From: Lytechinus pictus
Taxonomy: Eukaryota
Direction of reading: 5' to 3'
Length of the DNA: 64,000 nucleotides
Assembly: GCF_037042905.1 (NCBI RefSeq)
Contig: NC_087250.1
Span: forward strand, 9,736,001 to 9,800,000
Shown: one piece after another, positions 11,501-22,800 of the stretch
Layout: each line of letters starts with the position of its first letter
How positions within the stretch are numbered: the stretch's first letter is position 1
Made by a program: the position numbers and the translations under genes
Notes under the pieces: model-generated
Databases searched by the model: none
Seen by the model: only the letters and a program-made list of their open reading frames with translations
Told to the model about the DNA's origin: nothing

Positions 11501-14500
11501 GAATATGTGTGATATGTTCAGATTTTCTTAAAAGAGTAACAAGCCTTGCAGCAGTATTTTTCATTCTTTGGAGTGGGCGTTAATGTGAGAGTGGGAAACC
11601 AGAAAGAGCAGAATTGCAGTAATCAAGGTGGAAAGATACAAAAGCATGGGTAAGTTTACTAGTTATGGTCATTGTGGTCGGGTCGAGTAGCTTCCTCATT
11701 TTTCCATGATTGGAAAATCAAATCCATGTAGCAACGTACCGTATTAAATTTGACCAATAACAGAGCCACCATTGGGATCGTTACATGTGTCTAAATGGCT
11801 TATCAATCCTTTTCATTTGCTCTTCATATCGAAAGTTCCCTGTATTGCAGAACATGGATCGGTGTCTTTTCGCTTTGTTTTCCAGGGGTCTGTTGCCGAA
11901 AGAGTTGCGTTTAAACGCAAGTCAAAAAATCAATCGCAAGTCCTAAATGCGCGCTGTTGATTGGTTGAAAATCAAGTGGCGCAAGATTTTTAGAGTTGCG
12001 ATTGATTGCAACTCTTTCTGCAACGGGCCCCTGATTGACTATTAGTAAATCTACATAATCTTTTTAAGCAAGACAGGCGCCCTTTTTAAGAGGTTGATAG
12101 TCCAGACAAATCCAAGGCTACCTTTGCAAAATATGAAATAGGACACTTATTTTGACAATCAAAGCTTTACAGGTTTCAACATCGACACGGTAGCGAATTG
12201 GAGCGCAAAGAGAAGGGTTTTTGGGGCTGTCATCGTCTTCCCTTGCTGCTCTCACACTTGAACATTCTTTATTTCGAAACCTACTATCGGTTTTTTGTCC
12301 AAATTCTGGTTATTTTCATACATACCGACTGCACATGTTGGTCCTTGAAACCTGGCTGAACAGGAGCAGGTGAAACCTTCCAGTGTTTCTGTGCATGTTC
12401 CTCCATTAAGACATGGGTTGGGTAAACAGTCTGAGATCGAGAATTTGATGTGACACGGCAAATTGAAATAGATGGGAAAGTGAGTTAGCAGGGCATATAG
12501 AAACGGAGAAAAGAGACAGAGGCAGAAACGGGGAGACATATAAAGACAGAGGCAAAAACGGGGAGACATAAAAATACAGAAGGGATGGTTTGGGAACAAT
12601 TGTAATCAGCACCTGTCATTTTACTCTCAAAACACTCGACGGCCGGATCCAGGGGGGCACATTCGGCCCGTGCCACCCCCTTTAGGAGGCACCAGTATTT
12701 TTTTTTTTGTCATTCATAGACGTGAGGACTTCTTTTTTTTTTTTTTTTTTGGCTTGTCAAATTGTTCATGGAACAGAATGACATATATTTGATATGGAAG
12801 CCCTTTTTTTGCATGTAATTTTTTTTTCTACATCAAATAACCTCGAATTGGTAGGGAGTTCTTTTTTTTCAACATTTTCCTATAAATAAGTACCTCCCCT
12901 CCCCCTTAGAAAATCTTGGAATCACCCAGGCTCGATACAATCCACACCCTTGGTGAAGTACAAACTAGACAATGTTTTTTTTTTATTCCATGACGTAAAA
13001 TTGGTAGTTCCATTAGTATGTGGGCCATTCCATGCTAGAAAAATCTGCCATTTTCTCAACATTTGTCAACCTGCTGTCCAGACGAACGAAGAACTTAAAT
13101 TTGCTTTGTGGTAATATTGAAGGACTACTGGGTAGACATGCAAAAAACTGACAACAAACAAAATATGTTGTCCATAGTTGAATTAGAGCTTGAAATGTTG
13201 CGTGCCGTACGGGACATTTCTGCGTCCCTTACGACACTTTTCACCTCTAATTTACCCAGAATCTATTTTGTGTGTGTGTTGGTTATTAATTTTTCACATG
13301 ACTTCCCACGATAGCTTTATCATTGACAACAAAGAATATTTTATTGCTCAAGCATTCGGCTAGGAAACTAGAAATTGTTGTCAAAATGTCCCGTACGAAA
13401 CGCGTGGAATCGCCCATGTTGAATTCACAGCGGAGCAATTGCCCACCGGAGCAAATTTCATCGAATCATTATGAGCCACCAATTTTCGACAAAGAATTCT
13501 TGCTCTATGTCATGAAGGACACTTGATATTTTATCCTACATAAATTAAATTTTTTATGCTAATTGGTCTGAATAGCATCATGTGACCAAACATATTTTCA
13601 CTATTTTGCGATGATGTTGAAAATGAAATGACCATCGAAGAAAATTGACTATTCCGTGATGTCGATAACGGAATAGTGCACTATTCCATCATTGACATCA
13701 CAGAATACTGACACACATCATGCAATCTCTCGGGCGCATCGGTTAGCGAGGCAATTCTACCGGGCAAATTTTTGGCGTAGGCACAAATCCGCGCGATATC
13801 TGTATTTTAGTTCAGATTAAAAAGGATGAAATAGGTGTGCAAAAACTAGATTATCAAGACGTATTGTTCTAACTTAATATTAAATGTACGATATAAAACA
13901 AATATACCAGGTCTTTATTTCGAAAGTATAGAGGGAATTATTCATCCTCGGTTGCGCTGGCAAAATTAGTAATGCCAGTCCAACCTCGGACAAATAATTA
14001 CTCAAGGCTGATATATTTATATGATATACCTTCCCTGCTTCTGGACCCTCCGTACTTCGTGGAGCGAAAACTCGCTGCAGATATAAAAAAATGACAGTCT
14101 TAAAAGAGGCTTTGACAACATACCTGGGAGTTTGAAGATGAAGATGAATCGATTTGAAACGATTCTATTTATCCCTGGCCAGTTGGTGTCATCTCTGACT
14201 ATTAACTTGGGTTCCAGGGCAGCGATGTCTACCGTTTGCAGTAAGCCTGCTCCGCACCTTGCGTTTACTGGCATACCAAACTTTAAGACTGAAAAAAAAA
14301 ATCAGACGAGGTTCCAAGTCAGTCCCATCCCTACCGTCTTCGGTGAGCAAAAAAAAATATGTGGCTTGGCCCTGGGAAGCGGGGGTATACTGGGGAGAAG
14401 GGGGGGGTATCTTTCTTTTTCTTTTTTCGCGAATTTTGTCGCCAAATTTGTCGTGATGTATATTAACCTTGCTTGAGCTGTGATCAAACCAGCGCCTGAA

Positions 14501-14893
14501 ACTGGATGGAAGTTGTCAGGATTCCAGCAGGAGAGCCAATTTGGGGAGTGTTATAGGATATCACGTATAAACGGAAGCGTAAAAGAAAACACTGGTACGC
14601 CGAGTACAAAACGAAATTGATTATTGATCATCGATTCTTTTTTTAAGCATCCATGGGACTAAGCTTGAAGGGAGGTTGATGATGTTGGAGAAGTATGCAA
14701 CGAATAAGAGGGTTATCAACACAGAGCGTTCGTGCATAATAAGCTAAAAGATAAATGCAAAATACCACAAAATATACGTATTGGGTTAGAAATATTACGG
14801 AATCCATGTGACATAAACGTAACTAAGTAAATACTTACTCAAAAGCAAAAAGCTTGTTAGCACTAGAGATCTTCTAACGAAACCTCTCGTCAT
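8296..14893 (-). CDS. Secreted EGF + C-type lectin protein, paralog A; exons 14893-14839, 14288-14124, [14074-14030 optional], 12430-12326, 9222-9035, 8526-8296; 247 aa (262 with the optional exon)
   Basis: All junctions GT-AG with compatible phases (1,1,1,0). Translation: [33 protein letters not shown]...[54 protein letters not shown]...[14 protein letters not shown]...YWIGLH...FVWTDGT...[15 protein letters not shown] and WxDG CTLD motifs and a 6-Cys EGF. Confidence 0.85.
9035..9222 (-). CDS. Paralog A C-type lectin exon 1
   Basis: cctgcag|AT...CTA|gtgagt, 188 nt; [20 protein letters not shown]. Confidence 0.92.
9230..9498 (-). mobile_element. tRNA-derived SINE abutting the lectin exon 1 acceptor (copies ~28156-28424, ~51822-52093, partial ~60113-60343)
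   Basis: Same head, A/B boxes and core on the minus strand; tail ataaatgcctattattatcatta runs into cctgcag. Confidence 0.85.
9676..10152. mobile_element. MITE with long TIRs; the host of the retroelement stack in copy C
   Basis: ccaaagatactacaaggggaagatcggaca ... tgtccgatcttccccttgtagtatctttgg. Confidence 0.75.
10991..11720 (-). mobile_element. Degenerate 3' fragment of an L2/CR1-group LINE (copies ~29930-30660, ~61855-62575)
   Basis: LDYCNS, NTAARLV, HIT..LK...[32 protein letters not shown]; tail agcgccctataaat...ttatt. Confidence 0.85.
11885..12031. mobile_element. MITE
   Basis: ggggtc.gttgc.gaaagagttgc ... gcaactctttctgcaacgggcccc. Confidence 0.75.
12326..12430 (-). CDS. Paralog A EGF-domain exon
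   Basis: 105 nt, phase 1-1, ctcag|...|gtatgt; [12 protein letters not shown]...FTCSC...FQGPTC. Confidence 0.92.
14030..14074 (-). CDS. Possible optional 45-nt exon ([15 protein letters not shown]); copy in B at 32974-33018
   Basis: Acceptor tttttttatatctgcag, donor aag|gtatat, phase 1-1, open; only 49 nt from the exon 2 donor. Confidence 0.35.
14124..14288 (-). CDS. Paralog A coding exon 2 (end of signal peptide plus unassigned N-terminal segment)
   Basis: Acceptor tttttttttcag, donor cag|gtatgt, 165 nt, phase 1-1, open; completes the signal peptide with a V-N-A cleavage-like site. Confidence 0.7.
14839..14893 (-). CDS. Paralog A coding exon 1 (signal peptide [18 protein letters not shown])
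   Basis: ATG in context gaagATGa; basic then hydrophobic residues; strong donor A|gtaagt; upstream acceptor tcttgtttccag at 14918-14919 implies a further 5'UTR exon. Confidence 0.75.
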
Positions 14894-15489
14894 CTTCTTC
14901 AACGCCGAGTATATTTACTGGAAACAAGAGATGCGTAAACATGGACAAGTTTGTGTATTGATTTGATTTTTACGCATTTACATAGCATTTACGATTTATG
15001 TCATTCACGCAGACAAGTTATTACATGAATGATAATAATAATACTAATTATTATTATTATTATATAACTTATCCGTTAGTATTTGCACATATGGGCAGTT
15101 GTAATTATATATTATAATGGTAATGGATTTGATTTTTTTTCTAATCAGTATGACCATTTAGTTTTTCTTCCGAGGCCAAGTATAATAATAATAACAATAA
15201 TAATAATAACAATAATGATAATAACAATGATGATAACAACAAAAGCTGGATTTTTAAGCGATCTTTGTCTGAGGATACATAGCGCTGCAATAATTACCCC
15301 AGCTTTAACTGTGCTGCTATGGCCCTTGGAAGCGGGGTGCTGAGTGTATTAATCACCATTGGCAGCACCCCCAGGTATTCTGGCATAAATTGGGGGAAAA
15401 TCTTAACCAAAATTACCCTCATTTTGTAGTAAAACCCCCTGTTTGTTGTTTTCTTTTTTCAAATTTCTTGAAACCAATTTGAGCTCCTG

Positions 15490-15685
15490 GAGGGCCCTGA
15501 TACGGGCTAAAGCTGAAGCATTCAAGGAATTTCTTCCTACAGGTTACCCATTCATCTCGCCTGGGTTGAGTGCAGCACAATGTGGGTAAATTTCTTGAAG
15601 GAAAGTAGACCATGGCTAGGAATCGAACCCACGTCCCTCAGATTAAAAGATGAGAGTCATAAAGTACTAGACCACGACACCCCCA
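15490..15685 (-). mobile_element. Diverged tRNA-SINE (copy ~34440-34635)
   Basis: Minus strand gtggtctagt...ggttcgattcctagccatgg...gctgcactcaacccagg core. Confidence 0.7.
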
Positions 15686-16262
15686 CATAAAGAGCAGAAC
15701 AAATCGTAGCAGGTGATGGATGATCCGATGTTATCTCTTTTCCTCAACTTTGCAGGGCGTATTTATGTTACCATCATAATCATAACACACACACAAACAA
15801 AACTACACCACGGTCGTTTCCCTCCAGGGCTGCAACTTGTCACCTTTGCTATTTCATTCTTGCTTTCACTTAGTTTACGAATGTTTTTCGAATGTTTTCC
15901 AAGGACGTTATGTGCGTCAACGCAGAGAATAATCCTTTGTTCATAGGGGGAACAATGCTTACCCCCCCAAAAAAAAAATTACTGTCCTCTGACTGACGCT
16001 CATGATGGACATGATGGTAAAAATGGTAAAGATAATGTCTGTTACCTCTGCCTTGTTTCCTTTTGCATCCGCAAGCCTCACAAAATTAGTACAGACCTTA
16101 AAACATTCATACTTATCAAGGCAGAATCTCCTAAGTCAAGAATACGCATGCATTCAATGCGCGCAAATTGTGTTTCGTCGCAGAGCAACACACTACAGCA
16201 GTGGCACGAAGACAGCATTTACGCATTGATTGTCAAGATCCCAACGTGAATGATAGCTTTAA

Positions 16263-16855
16263 AGGGGAATCCAGCCCTGGCCATACACTGTTGTGTTGAG
16301 AAGGAGAAAAATAAATTAAAGAGAATGGTGATAGTTTGAAAGAAATTGGACAAGCAATAAGAAAGTTATAGCTGTTTATAAATTGAGATCACTAATACTA
16401 TGTAGATTTCAAATTGGCAAATGGGTAAGTAAATTATGACAAGGGGCAAGGACAACTTTCCCATAGGCCATGTACTTTATTATCAGCGATTTGTGGTTTT
16501 CTCCTAAGTACCCATTCCCCTGGGGCCTTAATCTAAATATAACACAGGTAGTATATTGTTTTATGTCCTCATGAAAGAAAAATATAAATTAAAATAAAAC
16601 TTTTGGGAAAAATGACATTTTAGCCATAATATGCATTGGAGTACATGGAAGAGTATTCCTTGCCTTACATCACTATGACATCCCATATGCGGCCATTTGA
16701 AGTCTCCATGGGTATAGTGATTACCAATATTTACAACTTTTAAAAATTCATAACTTTCTTGTTGTTTGTCCAAATTGTTCAAACTTCCACCTATCAACTT
16801 GTCTGATTTTTATTTTCCTTATAAAAACAAGTTTTTATTTGGGTTTGATTCCCCT
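16263..16855. mobile_element. TTAA-flanked TIR element (Kolobok-like); copy ~35216-35810
   Basis: ttaa|aggggaatcca...tgattcccct|ttaa. Confidence 0.8.
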
Positions 16856-16859
16856 TTAA

Positions 16860-17220
16860 AGGTATACGTTCCTGGAATTCATGAGGGCGTTGGACAAACT
16901 ACGCTCAACTTGCGGCGCCAGCTACTCATTGGCACCAGTGCAATACGACGCCTACGCAGATGCCACGTTCTGTATGCCCGAACTGCATGACGACTTTCAA
17001 TTCGCGTATGCTTCAGCTGCTGTTCAAAGATCTTGGCAGGTTGGCCCCGCCTCCTACTGCAGTGACGTAAGCAGATCAACGCAGCGCAGTACTGTGCATA
17101 GGTACATGCACATCACTGGTGATTGACAGCCGCATGCAAATTACATGTACGACAATGATCTTTGTAAAGAGGTAAGAGGCGAGTAGAGCAGTAACAATAC
17201 CGTCCAACAGCGCCATACCT
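16860..17220. mobile_element. Second TTAA-flanked element sharing its TTAA with the previous one
   Basis: ttaa|aggtat...atacct|ttaa; GC-richer interior. Confidence 0.6.
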
Positions 17221-17612
17221 TTAATGAGCATATCCGAGATACCGAATTCAAATGATGACCGGAAGCACTCTCAAAACAAAACAGTCGAAATGACTAGTTA
17301 ATCGGGTCAGTTGAGTGCAAACTGTCATTCTAGTCATGTATATTCTAATTGTATTTTACTAGAACAGAGTTATTTCTGACTAGAATATACGTCAGAAATG
17401 TGACTAGACATTGTCAGTTGCACCCAGCTGACTACTGATCTAGTCATTTTGACTGCTGTGATTCAAGGATGTGTGACCAGGGCTTCACAAGACAAAGAGC
17501 CTTGCTCTAAAACTGACCATGCTCATGCATGGAATTAACTTCAAGAAAAAAATTAATAGGACGAACATCCATTTCCCCCAGATACTTTTCCTACCTACAA
17601 CAGAAATGATTT

Positions 17613-17763
17613 ATACCTCGGTCACATTTGCTCTACGGCGAGTCGAAAACAGCCGTTTTATTCATTTTTTCTAAACCACCTTTATGTAGCTGGTACAAAA
17701 ATGTTAAAACGGTCGTTTTCGATTCGCCGTACGGCCGCCGTAGAGCAAATGTGACCGAGGTAT
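17613..17763. mobile_element. Palindromic MITE (copy ~36568-36718)
   Basis: atacctcggtcacatttgctctacggcg ... cgccgtagagcaaatgtgaccgaggtat, perfect 28-bp TIR. Confidence 0.85.
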
Positions 17764-17922
17764 CAGTGTTAAACAGTGTGGGGGTATTCTGAACTTCGGT
17801 TTAATCTAAACTCTTGTCTAAAGTTGTGGTTTAACAATGAAAAGTCAGTCGTGGCACAAGTCTCTAGGAAAAAAGTATTTGGCAGACTAGTTAATTAGAA
17901 TATAAAAATGTGTAAAAATAGT

Positions 17923-18710
17923 AACTTATATATTTTTTCTTGGCATCCAGGCTGAAAGCTTGCTCATTGAAAATAAGGAGCGCGCAATTAAAACCAAACC
18001 ATTCAATTTTTGGCCTCTCGTAGTTTTAACACTGGCTTAGACTATTCTATAACTTACACCCTACTTCGGAATACCGTCCAACCTTATATATTTTCTTGCC
18101 ATCCAGGCTGGAGGCTGGCTCATTAAACATAAGGAGTGCGCAATTAAAACCAAACCATTCAATTTTTGGCCTCTCGTAGTTTTAACACTGGCTTAGACTA
18201 TACTATAACTTACACCTTACTTCAGAATACCGTCCAACCTTATATATTTTTTCTTGCCATCCAGGCTGAAAGCTGGCTCATTAAACATAAGGAGCGCGCA
18301 ATTAAAACCAAACCATTCAATTTTTGGCCTCTCGTAGTTTTAACACTGGCTTAGACTATTCTATAACTTACACCCTACTTCGGAATACCGTCCAACCTTA
18401 TATATTTTTCTTGCCATCCAGGCTGGAGGCTGGCTCATTAAACATAAGGAGCGCACAATTAAAACCAAACCATTTAATTTTTGGCCTCTCATAGTTTTAA
18501 CACTGGCTTAGACTATACTATAACTTACACCTTACTTCAGAATACCGTCCAACCTTATATATTTTTCCTTGCCATCTAGGCTGGAGACTGGCTCATTAAA
18601 CATAAGGAGCGCGCAATTAAAACCAAACCATTTAATTGTTGGCCTCTCATAGTTTTAACACTGGCTTAGACTATACTATAACTTACACCCTACTTCGGAA
18701 TACCGTCCAA
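17923..18710. repeat. Minisatellite, 5 x ~157 bp with alternating A/B variants (copy ~36878-37668)
   Basis: atccaggctg-type motif at 17945, 18101, 18259, 18416, 18574. Confidence 0.92.
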
Positions 18711-19755
18711 TAAGTTCTACGTAGGTTGAACGTTTGGATCCGTCCCCGTCGATGGAAGTTGAGTCTGTAATAAGCAGCCGAAACGATGGCATATTTTATT
18801 GTTGGCTTCAACGATCTCAAACAGACTATACTTAAATAACAACGTGTCTTCCATCACAACACCTCGTACGTATTCAATAAATGAATAATATTTTGACAAC
18901 TGTAACTGTTTATGTTGATTCATATATTCAATAAATATTGGAAGAAAAAAAAAATTGCCTAAAATAACATCAAACTTTTTCTTTTTAATGATCAAACATA
19001 ACAATAGTTTATAGTATTTTTACAGTCCATATCAATAAACATTTTTGAAGAACTGTAATATTACATTTCTAATGCTATGGTTACAGCACGTTGTTCGTGT
19101 CTTTGCACGAACTTATCTCACAACCTAAACTAATTAATGTTTATGATAATCAATAATTGTGAAAAATATATATTATAGATTCACGTATTGGCTCAATACA
19201 GTCATAACAATAAACAGCCCAAAGTTAATGTTTTTTTTTTTTTTGCTTTGCCTTTTTTTGCCTCTGAATATGATTGATCTGATCATAACAAATTTGAGTA
19301 ACTTTGAATAAACATTTGTTTGGAAAAAAAACATTTACTTTCGGATTTATTTTTTTCACTACATATATGCAGTGTATATATATATATATGACCTAGATGG
19401 TGCAAACTGAAATATTGTTTTCTGTGGATCATTGTAATGCCGGGAGTGGCAGAATGGTGCAGGATTCAACTCTGAACATGGTATTTTCATGAATCAGAAG
19501 AGTGAATGGAGACATTTAGTCTAGTCTTACTTTCACTGTGATAAAAAACAATTTTTATGTTTTACATGTTATCACAGTTATATTGTGCTGCACTCAACCC
19601 AGGTGAGGTGAATGGGTACCTGGTAGGAATATATTCCTTGAAATGCCGAGCGCGTAAAATCTGCTTGAGCTACAGCCAGGGTAATAATATCCTAGTCCTT
19701 TGGAAGCGCATAGAGACGTTATTCATAATGTGCTATGCGCCATACAAGAACTGAC

Positions 19756-19807
<52 letters not shown>

Positions 19808-22800
19808 CCACTCCCGCACTACCATTCACACATGCATGCACAGCATTATGATTGATCTGATCTTTAAACAAATGAGTAACTTTGAATTAACATTTGTTTC
19901 GAAAAAAGCATTAAAGGACAAGTCCACTCCAACAAAAAGTTGATTTGAATAAAAAGAGAAAAATTCAACAAACATAACACTGAAAATAGCATCATAATCG
20001 GATGTAAAATAAGAAAGTTATTACATTTTAAAGTTTCGCTTAATTTTACAAAACAGTTATATGCTCATCCTGGTCAGTATGCAAATGAGGAGACTGATGA
20101 CGTCATCCACTCACTATTTCTTTTGTATTTTATTATATGAAATGTGAAATATTCTAATTTTCTCCTCATTGCCAAGTGAAACAACGATTAACTCCTCCCT
20201 GAACATGTGGAGTTAGCATTGTTTAACACTATATGGTTCAGTCAAGTTGGTCCTTGATATTATATATTGTATTGTATTGTAAATATTGTATAATTCAAAC
20301 ATAAAAAACAAAAGAAATAGTGAGTGATGAACATCATCGACTGACTCACCTAGTTGTGCATATCACTGTTTTGTGAAAAATAAGCGGAACTTTAAAATGT
20401 CATAACTTTCTTATTTTACATCCGATTTTGATGAAATTTTCAGAGTTGTGCTAGTATTATTTTTCTCTATTTATTCAAATCAACATTTTTTGGGGGTGGA
20501 CTTGACCTTTAACTTAGGAATTAGATGGACAACTACACCTGGGTTTCCTTATTCATATAGTGCAGTGGGTTCTTAATGTGCAAAGGTGGTGACTTTCCTC
20601 TAGACAGGACCTCAAATTAACGCCCTATCCGAGAGACGGTTTTCTTCGACTGTAACATAGCCAGCATCGATAGAACAGAAATGAAACGTATATTATTCAA
20701 TCATGTATATTTTTGTTGTTTTTATATTTTTTTGTGAATTATGTTTTAAGGGGCTTGTTGAAAAATAGCCTGACGGTCAAGAGCTTTTTTACACCATATT
20801 GAAATTAACAAACAAACAAATAAACAGAACTGGAGCTTTTTTTTCCTTGTGCTGATATATCCCTAGACACCTATAACAAACTTAGCACCTAAAAACACTC
20901 ATAACATGCGTAACTGTAGGAACCGGTTTGTGCAACATCACCCAATAACAGGTAGGGGAGACCAGTGACAATTGTAACATGGGGCAAATGTAACAGAGGC
21001 TCCCACTAGTCCGGCAGCCCAGGAGATTTATTCAACCGGAAGCCGGACAAGCAAATGACCCCATAGCTGGATGGCATGGACCCTGAAATTTACAAAAATG
21101 CATTGCTGCCGGGTTTTATCCGTGGTCTTCCCGCCGAAATGATCTATAACGTCACTACAAAATGGCCCTATTTCACCATTTTTTTGACATTCTACACATC
21201 GCATGAAGTCAAGGTGGAATAGCTCAGCCAAACCATACTTGTTTTGTATGAAACTTACAAAATATATTGTTCAAGTATTGAAAAGAGACATGCAAAATTT
21301 CACAAACAGGAATTATTGTTTACATATGCAAATTACGTCATGAAATTTGCATATCATTAATTTTTGATATTTTTTGCATCAAAAATTGTCGAAAATCGAT
21401 TTAGAAATTTATTTTCTTTTTTAGTGTACTTTTTTTGATATATTTCCTGTCAAGCATAATAGCGTTCTCTTTATCTATATCTATACTTTTAGAAAATATA
21501 TGTCAGTAATTGGAAAAGGCATTATAGACTGTGATTTCAGCCCCCTTTTCAATATGGTGCGTATATAGAAATCGTGCGTTTTGGGCCTATTTTCACCATT
21601 AAGCTGAGGTGTGCGAACGATATGCCCACTTTATCGATGTTTCCTGCATTTTGCATGATATTAAATCTTCGAAACAACATATTTTCATCTTAATTATGTC
21701 TCTGCTGATAAATAAATGATTTCAGCAAAGATTGATTGCCCACTGGGCAGTCTATAGGTTACGTTTTCAGCCTAGTTTTCGACGACGAACATATACCATG
21801 TATGACTGCATTATTGTAGTCGAGTCGGAAATGGGAGTTCCTGTGCACCATCAAAATATACTTTTAAATCAACGTTTTTGTATTCCCTGAAGTGTCTAGT
21901 TAATGAATCTTGATGTTTTCTTTGCAAAATCGTGTCCCACTGGGTTCAAATTGATATTTTTGGCGGCCCTTTTGGATTTTTTTCAATGAAAATTCATTAT
22001 TTTCATATTTTTGTGCAGAGAGTGTGACAATAGGACAATCTTACATGAATACGCATTTTACTATGATTCGGATAGTAGAAATCGGTTGAAATCGTTTTCT
22101 GGACAGACCTGCTAATATATTTTGAAATAAATCAAAATATACCCCGAAATTGTCATGCTTTTGGTCCAAAATTTGCATGTGCATTGATATCTATCTGCTC
22201 AGTCATTAACATCAACAACTATTGCAAAATACCAGCATTCGACACGAAAGAGGATATATTATACCAAGAATACTGAAACGCTTCGTGACAGTATAAATGA
22301 ATGTCTTAATTTGCTTAGTTAAAGGGAAAATACCATGTATTACTCGTTATTGCGATAAAGTGACACAAAAAAGCAACCTCTGTGTCATAGGCACACCTGC
22401 AAGAGCCCGAGGAAGGTCCCCTTTCCCTATCAGTAGCTTGACTAAAAAATGAGATTTTTTGAGCCCCCAATGTGACAAGATGGTGGTTCCTTTATGTAAA
22501 AAAACAACTCTTATTTTATTGAAATCACTTGGAGACAAAACAGTAGGCTCTTCTCTATCAGCTACATTATAAAGAAGTGAGGGCACAGCAAAGCCTACCC
22601 CCCCCCTTACGGGACCGCCAAAGTCCCCCATCCTTTTTTCGTATTTTGCCCATTTCTTGGAAAATTCGCAATTTTTGTAGCCCCCTTGAAGGGAAAAGAC
22701 GTTTCTGCTTTGCAGTCAAGTCACCTTTATTGTTTTTAACCACTTGGAGATAAAATAATAGACTTTCCTCTATCTGCTACATATAGGGAAGTGCTGACAC

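Larger units (their letters stand above)
17..18730. repeat. Tandem segmental duplication unit, copy A (~18.7 kb)
   Basis: cgtttggatccgtccccgtcgatgg at 17 recurs at 18731 and, with 2 mismatches, at 37687; the ORF track repeats at ~18.7-19 kb offsets; bases 1-16 do not match 18715-18730, so homology starts at ~17. Confidence 0.95.

Noticed and set aside
16040..16150. 5'UTR first exon of the lectin gene (donor gag|gtaaca near 16045)
   Set aside because: Plausible, but several weak donors compete and no transcript evidence is available
17923..18710. CRISPR-like array
   Set aside because: Contiguous 157-bp units without unique spacers; eukaryotic context
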